Below, in pieces: positions 38,721 through 48,749 of a stretch of DNA of 59,726 nucleotides. Below the pieces are notes generated by a model. That model made no database searches. It worked only from the letters and a program-made list of their open reading frames with translations, and was not told the DNA's origin. This DNA comes from a bacterium (lineage in GTDB: Bacteria > Patescibacteriota > Microgenomatia > Levybacterales > UBA12049). The stretch is from NCBI GenBank assembly GCA_021780675.1, contig JAJXYH010000045.1, forward strand, positions 1-59,726, given 5' to 3'. Position numbers and translations under genes: made by a program. Each line of letters starts with the position of its first letter. The stretch's first letter is position 1.

Positions 38721-39482
38721 TTATTTAGGCTCTGCAAATACCAATAACCTCTGGAATGTAGTGCCGGGCGGCCAGCAGGTTTGCAAAATTAACTGTTCTT
38801 TATTTTGATTTTTAGCGTTTACAATATAGGAAACGTCCGACGGGTCAACAATTTTAGAACCCGTCATTATATAGTTATGTCTCTTGCCCTGGAAAAAAAT
38901 AACAATTTCATCACCCTTTTGTAAGTCTTTAAGCAGATAAAATACTGCGTTGTAGCGCCCGACGTCCCAGAAGTTGTCGGTTGAGTGGGCAAAAAGATAT
39001 ATATTTCCTTTCATGCCAGGGAAAACCGTTCCTTTGGCGTGTGCAACGCCTTTTTGTAGAATTGGCAGGAAATCGTTCGGATTTGAAGGGTCTACATTAG
39101 GGTAAATTTTTGCATTTGCCCCGATTGCAGGAATTAAAATACTAAAATTAGTGTCAACAGGTGTTAAGACTTGCTCTTTGGGTCCGGTTAAAACCGCAGC
39201 AAAATTATCTATACCGCTTGATTGCTGGGGAACGGGTGTTGGTATTGGTGTTGGGGTGTACTGTGGAGGCGGTTGACCGGGAATAAGTGTTGGAGTGATT
39301 AAAGGAGCCGCGTGCGCTGTAGCAACAATATATCTGACACCTCTTGCGTTAGCAACATGAAGCGCAAGTTCATAATAAAGCGCCGGACCAAAGGTTGCCA
39401 AAATACCAAAGATTGCAAAAAGTACTAAAAAATTACCAATGGTTCTTAAGACTAAAAATCGGAGGATTTCAGATTTATTCAC
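38721..39482 (-). CDS. Sortase
   Basis: Catalytic triad pattern FAHS, LQTCWPPG, RLLV; N-terminal TM; GVAH..GT. Confidence 0.92.
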   Translation of the reverse strand: MNKSEILRFLVLRTIGNFLVLFAIFGILATFGPALYYELALHVANARGVRYIVATAHAAPLITPTLIPGQPPPQYTPTPIPTPVPQQSSGIDNFAAVLTGPKEQVLTPVDTNFSILIPAIGANAKIYPNVDPSNPNDFLPILQKGVAHAKGTVFPGMKGNIYLFAHSTDNFWDVGRYNAVFYLLKDLQKGDEIVIFFQGKRHNYIMTGSKIVDPSDVSYIVNAKNQNKEQLILQTCWPPGTTFQRLLVFAEPK

Positions 39483-39525
39483 TTTTTAATTGTAGTCTAA
39501 TTTTATGGTAAAATACAATTCATAC

Positions 39526-39597
39526 GCCCCTATAGCTCAACGGATAGAGCAGACCCGTCCTAAGGGTAAGATGGTGGTTCAATTCCGCCTAGGGGTA
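39526..39597 (+). tRNA. tRNA-Arg(CCT)
   Basis: GCCCCTA/TAGGGGT acceptor stem; loop GTCCTAA; T arm GGTGG-TTCAATT-CCGCC. Confidence 0.88.
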
Positions 39598-39603
39598 CGA
39601 ACG

Positions 39604-39675
39604 CGGGGTGTAGTGTATCGGTAACATGCATCGTTCGGGACGATGAGACACTGGGTTCAATTCCCAGCACCCCGA
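39604..39675 (+). tRNA. tRNA-Pro(CGG)
   Basis: CGGGGTG/CACCCCG; CATCG-TTCGGGA-CGATG; T arm CTGGG-TTCAATT-CCCAG. Confidence 0.93.
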
Positions 39676-39680
39676 CAAAA

Positions 39681-40901
39681 CTATTTAAGACTCACAGTAT
39701 ATAAATTAGGAGTAAGGGTGGAGTTTCCTAAATTAGTTAAAATTACCAATTTGGTTGCGTCCGGCCAGGGGAACACGTATCCATCTACAAAGGGGCCGGC
39801 ATAAACAGTTGTTCTGTTTGCTCCGTCGTAATCCATCATGTCTATTTTGCCATCGTGGACATAAACCAAGTGCTTAGAATCGGGATGTATCATGATTGGT
39901 GTTGGTGTGTCACCCTCGGTTTGGGGAAGGTTATCTAAAATTTTGTAATTTCTATCTTCTTTAATATCGTAAACATAAACTTTGCCGCTTTCTATATTTC
40001 TATCTTCAGGTGTTGAATCCGTTCCAATTAAAGCCGGTTTAATAATCTGCGGGATGGTTGCAGACCTTGAGGCTACATATAATATTTTAGTTTCGTCATC
40101 AGACCATTGTAGTATCTTAAAGTCTTGTGATACAACGTTTTGAAGCGGTTTATCAAGGCTGTCCATTTGGGCTTTTTCCTTGTCCTGTTTTAATTTGTCC
40201 CAATTGGCAGTTACTGCCGGCAAGGTCTCGGTTACATCTTGCGGGTTTTGGTTTAGACTTCCTGAATCCAGCAAATATGTAGTAGTTGTGGAAAGGTTTG
40301 ATACGGTTGCTAAAATTTGCGCGCTATCAGGAGACCAGCTAATTGTACTGTCCGAAAATAAGTTAACTGTATTATTGGCGATTTGATTTGAAGTGTTTTG
40401 CAAGGTTAAGATTGGCCTTGCCGTCATGTCTAAAATATAAATACCGTTTTTTAATGCAGATTGGGAGGCAACAAGATAGGCAAGTTTGGTTCTGCTTGGA
40501 TCAAGTACGGGATTTTTTACGCCGGTGTTGGTTAAGCTTTGGAGTTGAGGAGCGGTTGGATAAAGCAGGGCATCGGCTTTACTTACGGTTTCGGTTTTGA
40601 TGGTGATTTTTTTCTCCCAAGGGAAATAACCGTCTTTAAAAATTTTAACGTCGTAGTCGCCTGGTGCTAAATTAATAGTGTTATCTGTTGCTGTAGTTAA
40701 ATGGCCGTTTATAAAAACTGATGCGCCGTTTGGAGAACTGGTTGCAACTAGGAGTCCTGTTCCTGCGATAACCGGTCCATTTGCCCCAAAATTAATATTG
40801 TAGCCTTTACCAAAAAATATCACCGTCATTGTACCGGCGATTAATAGAAGTACTATGATAATAGGCAGTAGTATTTGTTTTTTAACGATCCTTTTAACCA
40901 T
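39681..40901 (-). CDS. PEGA-domain protein with C-terminal beta-propeller-like region (start probably 40901)
   Basis: GLLVATSSPNGASVFING..LAPGDYDVKIFKDGY PEGA pattern; WSPD/WSDD repeats. Confidence 0.8.
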   Translation of the reverse strand: MVKRIVKKQILLPIIIVLLLIAGTMTVIFFGKGYNINFGANGPVIAGTGLLVATSSPNGASVFINGHLTTATDNTINLAPGDYDVKIFKDGYFPWEKKITIKTETVSKADALLYPTAPQLQSLTNTGVKNPVLDPSRTKLAYLVASQSALKNGIYILDMTARPILTLQNTSNQIANNTVNLFSDSTISWSPDSAQILATVSNLSTTTTYLLDSGSLNQNPQDVTETLPAVTANWDKLKQDKEKAQMDSLDKPLQNVVSQDFKILQWSDDETKILYVASRSATIPQIIKPALIGTDSTPEDRNIESGKVYVYDIKEDRNYKILDNLPQTEGDTPTPIMIHPDSKHLVYVHDGKIDMMDYDGANRTTVYAGPFVDGYVFPWPDATKLVILTNLGNSTLTPNLYTVSLK

Positions 40902-41034
40902 TACCCGCATTATACTTTGGTAAAGTACGTCTTGCAAGATGTTTAGGGTTTGTTATAATCAATCTATTAAGCCTAAATTTGTTTTTGATAGGTTTATTAT
41001 GTGTTTTGATACAGTTTTGGTTTTAAATTAGCTT

Positions 41035-42063
41035 ATGAAGAACTTTACTAAAAGAATAGGAATTGATCTTGGTACCGCTAACACTCTTGTTTATGTTGCC
41101 GGAGAAGGAATTGTTTTAAATGAGCCAACCGTTGTTGCTGTAACAGCAGAAGAAAATAGAGTAGTTGCCGTTGGTAAAGAAGCAAAGGAAATGTTAGGTA
41201 GAACCCCCGGAAATATTGTTGCTATGCGCCCCTTAAGAGACGGAGTTATAGCAGACTATTCAATAACAGAGGCAATGCTTTCTTACTTTATAGATAAGGC
41301 AACCGGTAAGTCGCGCTTTTTTAAACCCGAGGTTATGGTTTGTATTCCATCGGGAGTTACTCAGGTTGAAAGGCGCGCCGTTTTAGACGCAACTATGGCG
41401 GCGGGTGCAAAAGTAGCATATTTAATAGAAGAGCCTTTGGCAGCAGCAATCGGTGCCAAAGTTCCGATTGCCCAGCCCGCAGGGCATATGGTGGTTGACA
41501 TAGGCGGTGGCTCAACCGAGTCTGCCGTTGTGTCTTTGGGAGGAGTAGTAGTACATAACTCGGTAAGAGCAGGCGGGAATAAAATAGATGAGGCAATCGC
41601 CAGCTACTGCAAGAAAAAGTTTAACCTACTTATCGGAGAAAGGTCATCGGAAATTATTAAAATAGAATTAGGCAATGCCTTAGTTGATGAGAAGAAAGTA
41701 TCCGATCAAAAACACATGGAAATAAGAGGCCGCGATTCAATTTCCGGACTTCCCAGAACAATCGATTTAAACGAGGGGCAGGTTAACGAAGCAATCATGC
41801 CAGTTTTAATGGACATAATTTCTGCAGTTAAAGGAGTAATGGAGCAGACTCCGCCGGAACTGGCATCTGACATTATCGATAAAGGGGTTGTGATGAGTGG
41901 GGGAACATCGCTTCTTACAAACTTTGAAAAATTAATGACAAAAGTAACCGGTGTTCCATGTCATGTTGCTGAAGATGCACTTCTTTGCGTTGTAAGAGGG
42001 ACAGGAGTAGCGCTAGAAAACATAGAACTTTATAAACGAAGTATTGCCCGAAAATATACTTAA
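41035..42063 (+). CDS. mreB: Rod shape-determining protein MreB
   Basis: IGIDLGTANTL, RPLRDGVIAD, VDIGGGST, SGGTSLL. Confidence 0.97.
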   Translation: MKNFTKRIGIDLGTANTLVYVAGEGIVLNEPTVVAVTAEENRVVAVGKEAKEMLGRTPGNIVAMRPLRDGVIADYSITEAMLSYFIDKATGKSRFFKPEVMVCIPSGVTQVERRAVLDATMAAGAKVAYLIEEPLAAAIGAKVPIAQPAGHMVVDIGGGSTESAVVSLGGVVVHNSVRAGGNKIDEAIASYCKKKFNLLIGERSSEIIKIELGNALVDEKKVSDQKHMEIRGRDSISGLPRTIDLNEGQVNEAIMPVLMDIISAVKGVMEQTPPELASDIIDKGVVMSGGTSLLTNFEKLMTKVTGVPCHVAEDALLCVVRGTGVALENIELYKRSIARKYT

Positions 42064-42296
42064 TAATTTAGCCCTGTAATAGTAATAGAATTGATTACTG
42101 CCTTAATGATTTTGCATAAAAATGTCTAAATTTTCACAAATTAACAATATATAGTAGTGTAATTTTATTAAAATTATAAATATTGATATTTACCTAAATA
42201 ATTTGAAGATTAAGTTTAAATATGTGTATAAAAAATTTACTCAAAATGGCTGATTTTAGGAGAAATTATTCCAATTCGTACTAAACTTGTAGTAAA

Positions 42297-43004
42297 ATGA
42301 ACGATTTTAAAACTGTAAATTTGCTGGGGATCAACTTTACAAAAGCAAATGAAGGTGAAATCTTAGAGTTTATCACTAAAGGCCTACGAAAAGGGCAAGA
42401 AAAGTACTATGTTGTGACCCCCAACCCTGAACTTTTAGTGATTGCCAGTGGTAACCCCGAATACAAAAGAGTCCTAAACGGAGCTAAATTAGCCTTGCCC
42501 GACGGAATAGGGGTGGTTTTGGCATCTAAACTGCTCGGTAATCCCATAAAACAGCGCATAACCGGTGTTGATTTAACCGAAAATCTCTGCAGGGAGATAT
42601 CAAAAAAGCCCGTCACGGCGGCCTTTTTGGGTGCCGGACCCAAAATAGCAGAACTCACTGCCGAGTGCTTACAAAAAAAGTACCCCGGGCTAAAGGTTTC
42701 ATGGGTGTCTGAGGAGTGGTCTAGTGATCTAAGTTACAAGCCTGTGGACGTACTGTTTGTGGCATTTGGTTCGCCAAAACAGGAAATTTGGATTAATAAG
42801 AACCTACAAAACCTTCCGGTAAAAGTTGCAATTGGTGTTGGCGGCGCATTTGACTTTATAAGCGGTAGTGTACCACGTGCTCCAAAGTTTTTAAGAAGTC
42901 TAGGACTTGAGTGGTTATTCCGTCTTATTATTCAACCGTGGAGAATAAGACGACAACTTTCATTAATAAAGTTTGTGTTTTTGGTTTTTAAAGAAAAGCT
43001 TTAA
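42297..43004 (+). CDS. WecG/TagA/CpsF family glycosyltransferase
   Basis: VTPNPE, PDGIGV, RITGVDL, FVAFGSPKQE, GVGGAFD, RAP, GLEWLFRL. Confidence 0.95.
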   Translation: MNDFKTVNLLGINFTKANEGEILEFITKGLRKGQEKYYVVTPNPELLVIASGNPEYKRVLNGAKLALPDGIGVVLASKLLGNPIKQRITGVDLTENLCREISKKPVTAAFLGAGPKIAELTAECLQKKYPGLKVSWVSEEWSSDLSYKPVDVLFVAFGSPKQEIWINKNLQNLPVKVAIGVGGAFDFISGSVPRAPKFLRSLGLEWLFRLIIQPWRIRRQLSLIKFVFLVFKEKL

Positions 43005-44094
43005 AACTTTATGGAAATTCTTACGTCGAAAACTTTTATCATTTTTTATAACCGCATTTTTAAAAAACTACATTAGGTAATTTTTTAATGTCTAAAAATT
43101 TTTAACAAAAATAACGTTTACTTATTTTTTAAGAAAAGTAGCAAAAATTTAATCAACCAGTTAATGATTTTTTTACAAAAAAATTATTTAAAATTTAAAA
43201 CAAAAAAACAAAGTTTTTAAAAAACTAGTTAGTTATTATTTAAATAAAAAATTGGCAAAGAATTTAATTTTTCTAAAATCTCTTTAACAACAAATTTTAA
43301 TAAAATTTTAATGATCTAAAAAATAATTATTTGCTCCAATTAAATATGAATTTTTTTTAATAAACGGGTAATAAATAACAGGAAAGTGGTAAGGATAATA
43401 TTTTAATATTTTGCAAATGTTAAAAATTATTCAGTAATTTGATTTATCATATAGTATTTACAAATTGATAAATAAATATTATGATAATGTGATAGACAGG
43501 TTTTAAGGTAACACTAATATTTGCAAACGAAAGTCTTTAAAGGGATAGTAAATAATAATTATAGCAGCGGTGTTTAGGCATAAAAAGGAAAAGATATCAA
43601 TTTATATAGATTTATATAGAATGATATATATTGATAAAAATGAGGTAAATAGCCAAAGCTAGATAAATTGAGTATTAAATTTTCATAAGTGCCGGTTAAA
43701 CAAAAAAACAAAAAAGTTAAAATAAAATTGAAATAAAATACAAATAATAGCCTTATTAACCGAGTATTTACCGATACGAAAATAAATAGTACGGCTTTAA
43801 ATCGAAGCTAAATCGAATTTATAAATTATTCATGAAAATTAAGTGGTTAAAATGCCTTGCAGAGGACCAACTCGACTGATATAAAAGATACCTTTTATTG
43901 TTAATTATCCCGTCAATTCAATGCAATCTCCATTTTTTAATGTTTAGCACTCGACGTTTTTACTGCTAAAAGGCTATTTTAGCGTGTATTATCGTTTTAG
44001 CCTCGAAGCTAAGCAAACTACATTCGATTTTTTTTCGTAATGACCAAAATTTTGACATATTGCAAACAGTAGTTGGGTGGTGTTTAATAATTAT

Positions 44095-44967
44095 ATGGAC
44101 TATAAATTTATTGAAAATGAGATTTCTAAAAAATGGGTTATATCGTCTCCCAGACGAGCTAAAAGAAATAAGAGCGAAGACTCAAAAACTGCGGTGTGTC
44201 CTTTTTGTACCGGCAATGAGAATATGGACGAAGAGACCTATAGAATTGGTAGCAAAGAGGATATATCCGGTTGGAAAGTTAGGGTTATTAGCAATAAATT
44301 TCCTTTTGCGCCAATCCATGAAGTAGTTATACATTCTCCGGATCATCATAAGAATTTTGACGAATTACCACTAGAGCAAAACCTACTTGTTCTACAAACT
44401 TTTAGACAGCGTTTTGAGACCTACCAGGACAAAGGACAGGTGTGTATTTTTCATAATCACGGTAAGGCAGCAGGGGAGAGTCAGCCCCATCCGCATAGTC
44501 AAATTGCGGTAATTCCCGACTTTGTAAAGTTAGAGATACCAAGGCTAATTACAGCGGACAGTAAGGACGGTTTGGAGACCGAGCACTTTGTAATTTATGT
44601 GCCTGATTCTAGTGAATGGCCGGATGAAGTATGGTTAAGGCCAAGGCAAGTGAGGGAATATTTTAGTATGACTTCGGATGAAGAATTAAATGACCTTGCT
44701 CGTATTTTATATAGATTGATACAGATATTTGACTTAAGACATGGTCATGAGTTTCCATTCAACTTTTATATTTCTCCCCATAAAGATTGGTACTTACGCT
44801 TAATTCCACGCCTAAAAACAGTTGGAGGTTTTGAGCTTGGGACAAATGTTTGGGTAAATACACAAGATACAAGAGAGACAATGGCATTTATAAAAGAACA
44901 TTTTGAAAGTCCGGATGAAGAAAAAATCCGCAGGGTACACCAGGCGCAGTACCACAGGGCAGTATAA
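44095..44967 (+). CDS. Galactose-1-phosphate uridylyltransferase-like HIT protein (start probably 44095)
   Basis: RRAKR, CPFC, VISNKFP, HNHGKAAGES..HPHSQ. Confidence 0.85.
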   Translation: MDYKFIENEISKKWVISSPRRAKRNKSEDSKTAVCPFCTGNENMDEETYRIGSKEDISGWKVRVISNKFPFAPIHEVVIHSPDHHKNFDELPLEQNLLVLQTFRQRFETYQDKGQVCIFHNHGKAAGESQPHPHSQIAVIPDFVKLEIPRLITADSKDGLETEHFVIYVPDSSEWPDEVWLRPRQVREYFSMTSDEELNDLARILYRLIQIFDLRHGHEFPFNFYISPHKDWYLRLIPRLKTVGGFELGTNVWVNTQDTRETMAFIKEHFESPDEEKIRRVHQAQYHRAV

Positions 44968-44983
44968 TTTGAAGATGTAAGAG

Positions 44984-45910
44984 TTAAGATTTAGCAGGAT
45001 ACCTTTTAAATTTCTTTCTATATAATACTACTAGCGCTGCAAGCAAGACAATCAACCCAAGAGTTTTTATAAAGTCCATTCCTCCCATGGAAAAGAACTT
45101 GATGCTTTGCGATAGCTTTTGATTGGTTTTACCAAAATGTATGCTTAGCTTGGCTGTATACGTGCCGGGGATAAGTACCTTCTGGTAAGTCGTTGAAGTA
45201 ATAGTATAACTTCTAATGCTTTCGGGAAGTGCATCCAGCGAATTTTCGTTAACTATCCCTTTTGCCACCAGGTTTCCAAACGGGTCGTAAACTATAACCG
45301 TGCCGTAGGGAATAACGTGTACATTGCCGCTGTTTTGAAATCTTAGCAAAAACGAGTCGGGGTAGTCGTAGTTGTCTCTTAGCGGTTCAAACGAAAATAT
45401 TTTTCCATCTTCTACTTCTTTTCCGGTTGATGCCCTTACAAACAAAAGACTCGAGAGTACCGCTTTGATGCCAATATTTTGAGAGCTGGCCTGTTGGGCG
45501 ATTTCTGCCAAAATGCTGGCGTAGTGTCCGCCTTTGGTTATCCTGTTTTTATCTATATAAATTTTCACGGACTTTTTTTCGTGTGGAGCAAGTTCTAAGG
45601 TTTTAGTTTCGAATGAAATCCAAGAGGACAGTGAGTATTTATAATTTTGCGCCTTGGGCGCGTCCAAAAACTCCAGCTTATAACTGTCTTCAAGTTCCGT
45701 AAAGTCTTTGGCGCTTAAGGTTATGGTAATGTCTGTATCGAAATTATTTACATATGTTAATTCGTACTCCGGCGGATCAACTGCAAGGTCGATGTGGGCA
45801 ATTGAAGGGGTCACAGACACGCCTTTTGAAGTAGTTTGGGCATCTACGGCATGAGTAAGTAACAAGGCTAAAAAGAGACTAATAACAAGGCTAAAAACAA
45901 GTTTTTTCAT
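44984..45910 (-). CDS. DUF916/DUF3324-like (WxL-interacting type) membrane-anchored protein, copy 2
   Basis: Signal peptide, VSVTPS, GGHYASI, FQNSGNVHVIPYG, PGTYTAKL, C-terminal TM + RKKFK. Confidence 0.65.
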   Translation of the reverse strand: MKKLVFSLVISLFLALLLTHAVDAQTTSKGVSVTPSIAHIDLAVDPPEYELTYVNNFDTDITITLSAKDFTELEDSYKLEFLDAPKAQNYKYSLSSWISFETKTLELAPHEKKSVKIYIDKNRITKGGHYASILAEIAQQASSQNIGIKAVLSSLLFVRASTGKEVEDGKIFSFEPLRDNYDYPDSFLLRFQNSGNVHVIPYGTVIVYDPFGNLVAKGIVNENSLDALPESIRSYTITSTTYQKVLIPGTYTAKLSIHFGKTNQKLSQSIKFFSMGGMDFIKTLGLIVLLAALVVLYRKKFKRYPAKS

Positions 45911-45947
45911 CCTACCTCATAATAGCATAATTTGATATCATAACCCT

Positions 45948-46538
45948 ATGAGAAAGTTTGTTATACTTATTTTGGCAATATTTATAGTTATAACTTCAAT
46001 TATTGCTTACTTTATGTTAACAGCGCCTCCCAAACAGATGTCGGAGGCCGAAAAAGAAGCCAAACTTGTCCAAATTTTAGGCAGGAAGCCGAATTTAACC
46101 GATACAACTCCCAAAGGAGGTACCCTTTATAAAGGGAAGTATGTAAGTTTTACGTATCCTGCAGCTGGTAAAATTTATACTTATAAAGATCCCAGTTTAA
46201 GGCAGGATACATCGGTACTGGAAACTTTTTCTTTTGATATCCAAAACCCAAGGCTTACCTTAAATTATTCGACGATTGACAGGTCTAACCTTTCGGGCTT
46301 AGAAGATATTCCGGATGTTAAGCTTAGACAACTTCCTTCAAGTGGTTATATTCAACAAGATGTTACAGCAGACGGTGTAAATGGCCTTTCTTTTGAAAAA
46401 CAAGATCAACAAATTGAAATGACAGCCTTTTTCTTTAAAAATAATAAGCAATATTCGATTTCTATAACCGGAATTAACAATAAAGATGTAGAAAAGTTGT
46501 TTTATGAGGTAATTTCCAGCCTTAAGTTTACTCCTTAA
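45948..46538 (+). CDS. Membrane-anchored protein, PsbP/DcrB-like fold suspected
   Basis: N-terminal TM; YVSFTYP, VTADGVNGLSF, NKQYSISITG pattern. Confidence 0.55.
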   Translation: MRKFVILILAIFIVITSIIAYFMLTAPPKQMSEAEKEAKLVQILGRKPNLTDTTPKGGTLYKGKYVSFTYPAAGKIYTYKDPSLRQDTSVLETFSFDIQNPRLTLNYSTIDRSNLSGLEDIPDVKLRQLPSSGYIQQDVTADGVNGLSFEKQDQQIEMTAFFFKNNKQYSISITGINNKDVEKLFYEVISSLKFTP

Positions 46539-47583
46539 GCTTTTTCTTGACTTCGCGGTTAATGTAGGATTTTAATAAGTATCTGATCACTAGTACAAGT
46601 AAAATTATGACTATGGCGATTACAGCCAGCGCTTTGTAGGGAATTACCCAGAAATTTATGGATTTTTCTAAGGAAACGTCTTTTGTGCCGTCGTCGTATA
46701 CAACAATCAGGTCTGCTGTGTACTTTCCAACGCGGAAACTGGTCAATTTATTCCAGTTGATCTGCAAAGTTTTGACTTGCTTGCCGTTTTTATCAAGCTT
46801 GGGTTGTCCGTTTTCCATTACCGGAACATATACTAAAAAGCCGTCGCTCCAGCTAACATCAAAAATTCGTTTGGTCGAAGGAATAATGTTTCCTGAACCC
46901 GGATTAAAGTCGATTGCAGCAATATTTTTATTGGTCCCGCTTGAAATAAAGATATTTCCATGGGGTAAGATATGCACGTTTCCGGAATTTTGTAGTACTA
47001 CTTTAAAGTCAACAGGTAAATATTCGCTAACATAGTTTGAGGTGGAAAAATCAACTATTTTAGCCTCTGCTTTTGCCCCGGCTTTTCTTACGTCAAGTAG
47101 TACTGGAATTGCTGCAGCTCCTGTTATTGCAGTGCCGGTTGTTTTAAGCGATGATCCTGTGTCTTGGGTAAAGGAAATTGCAAAGTAGTATCCATAAGCG
47201 GCGTCTTTAGGAATAGTAATAGTAAAAGGAATATCTGTCCATTCCAGTGGTTTTGCAACAAAAGTATTGCTTTCAAACTTAAACCAAGTGAGTGAATTAT
47301 CACTGGATGTGTCTTTTAATGTTAAATCTCCGTTTGCATCGCCGGTCATTTTTTTAACCTCAAGCTTTATAGGAAGCGGGGAAGTAGTATTATTCCTTAT
47401 CCTTATTTTGGTGTTAATCGTATCTCCCGGGTTTGCAGAAAGGTCTAAAAATACAGGAGAAACCGTAACGTCGTAATTAGCCGGAGTTGGAGATTGGGCA
47501 AAAGAGGTTTTTAAAACAATGAAAAGACCACCTAAACTTAGGATGAAAATGAGCAGTGCTAATCGTTTTTTCCCATATTTCAT
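46528..47583 (-). CDS. DUF916/DUF3324-like (WxL-interacting type) membrane-anchored protein, copy 1
   Basis: VTVSPVFLDLSANPG, AAYGYYFAI, LQNSGNVHILPHG, VGKYTADL, C-terminal TM + basic tail. Confidence 0.7.
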   Translation of the reverse strand: MKYGKKRLALLIFILSLGGLFIVLKTSFAQSPTPANYDVTVSPVFLDLSANPGDTINTKIRIRNNTTSPLPIKLEVKKMTGDANGDLTLKDTSSDNSLTWFKFESNTFVAKPLEWTDIPFTITIPKDAAYGYYFAISFTQDTGSSLKTTGTAITGAAAIPVLLDVRKAGAKAEAKIVDFSTSNYVSEYLPVDFKVVLQNSGNVHILPHGNIFISSGTNKNIAAIDFNPGSGNIIPSTKRIFDVSWSDGFLVYVPVMENGQPKLDKNGKQVKTLQINWNKLTSFRVGKYTADLIVVYDDGTKDVSLEKSINFWVIPYKALAVIAIVIILLVLVIRYLLKSYINREVKKKLKE

Positions 47584-47584
47584 A

Positions 47585-48652
47585 TCAGAACGATCCTGCG
47601 GCAGTAATTGTTAGTGTATCTGAATAGTCATTTGCAGCTGTTTGAGTGGCTGGGATTTTAGCTCTTGCATTAATTGTTACAGTGTCTCCGGCTGTTGGCG
47701 CAGTATTTGATGCCATTTGCTGGAATAAGGTTGTACTTACTCCTCCGGAGGTTGTATTAGTTCCGTTATACGCCGTTGCAATAGTTGGTGCTCCTGTTCC
47801 CGAATCGGCATCAATAACATAACCGGTGGTTGTTGCAAGGTCGTATACAGTTCCATAAGTCCCTGTTGGTACAGAAATATCAGCATTAGCTACTGTTGAA
47901 TGTAGTGCACCGAGCGTTGTTGTTCCTTGAGCTCCTTTTATCCAGGAGACCCAACCGTTTCTGGCGTTTGTACCAACTGTTTCGGTAACATTCCCCGATG
48001 AAACAGTGCTGGTTGAAAGTGTGCCGAGGGCAATAGAATTACCACTTAAGGAAAATGTCATAGTTGCTGAGACAGAGGCTGATACCGTAACTTGTTCTCC
48101 GCCTGAGGAAACGATTGATGCAGCCCAATTTAGCTGATCTGTGTATGGTGCGCCACCCAATGTTTCAAGCTCTCCATTTTGATTATTTCCCGCAGGACCA
48201 ATAGTTGAGGATGCTCCTGTAAAATTAAAGCAATAAAAATTACCTGCTACAAACGATGTTGTTGGGAAGGTTACAGAAAGTCCATTGACGCTGGTTGCGG
48301 TACCGATTCCCGGCCAGGCTGTTGCAGCTCCACCTCCAGAAGGGTCTGTTGGTAAGTTAGTAGTCGTAGTTGTCCAGTTGGATGCTGTACTGGAAATGAT
48401 CCAGCCTTGAGGAAATACGATAGTTGTTGCAGTTTGGGTGGTTAATGTGGATTTAAGACAAGCTGTACCGGAAATAGCTTGTCCAGTTGAAAGTCTGTCT
48501 AGTCTTACAAAGCCCTCCGTTACGGTCGCGTTAGCTAATTGTGGTTGAAGTAAAGGGTAGAGAACTAAAAGCAAAAGTGAAATATTTAAAACAACGCTCA
48601 ATAGAACTCTGGGATTTTTTAAATTATTTACTTTAATTTTGGGAAATTTCAT
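47585..48652 (-). CDS. Secreted Thr-rich protein with C-terminal WxL-like domain (small)
   Basis: Signal peptide; TNARNGW; ends ANDYSDTLTITAAGSF. Confidence 0.7.
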   Translation of the reverse strand: MKFPKIKVNNLKNPRVLLSVVLNISLLLLVLYPLLQPQLANATVTEGFVRLDRLSTGQAISGTACLKSTLTTQTATTIVFPQGWIISSTASNWTTTTTNLPTDPSGGGAATAWPGIGTATSVNGLSVTFPTTSFVAGNFYCFNFTGASSTIGPAGNNQNGELETLGGAPYTDQLNWAASIVSSGGEQVTVSASVSATMTFSLSGNSIALGTLSTSTVSSGNVTETVGTNARNGWVSWIKGAQGTTTLGALHSTVANADISVPTGTYGTVYDLATTTGYVIDADSGTGAPTIATAYNGTNTTSGGVSTTLFQQMASNTAPTAGDTVTINARAKIPATQTAANDYSDTLTITAAGSF

Positions 48653-48749
48653 TTTTTACTGCTGTATTTAGCAAACCATTTTTTTGATAGTTTGTCAAGT
48701 ATTACTTAAAGCTTAGAGTAATATTAAATAAAATTTTCATAAAGTGCAG

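Noticed and set aside
43944-43969. CIRCE (HrcA operator)
   Set aside because: The left arm TTAGCACTC is perfect, but the spacer is 8 rather than 9 nt, the right arm has two mismatches, and no chaperone gene follows.
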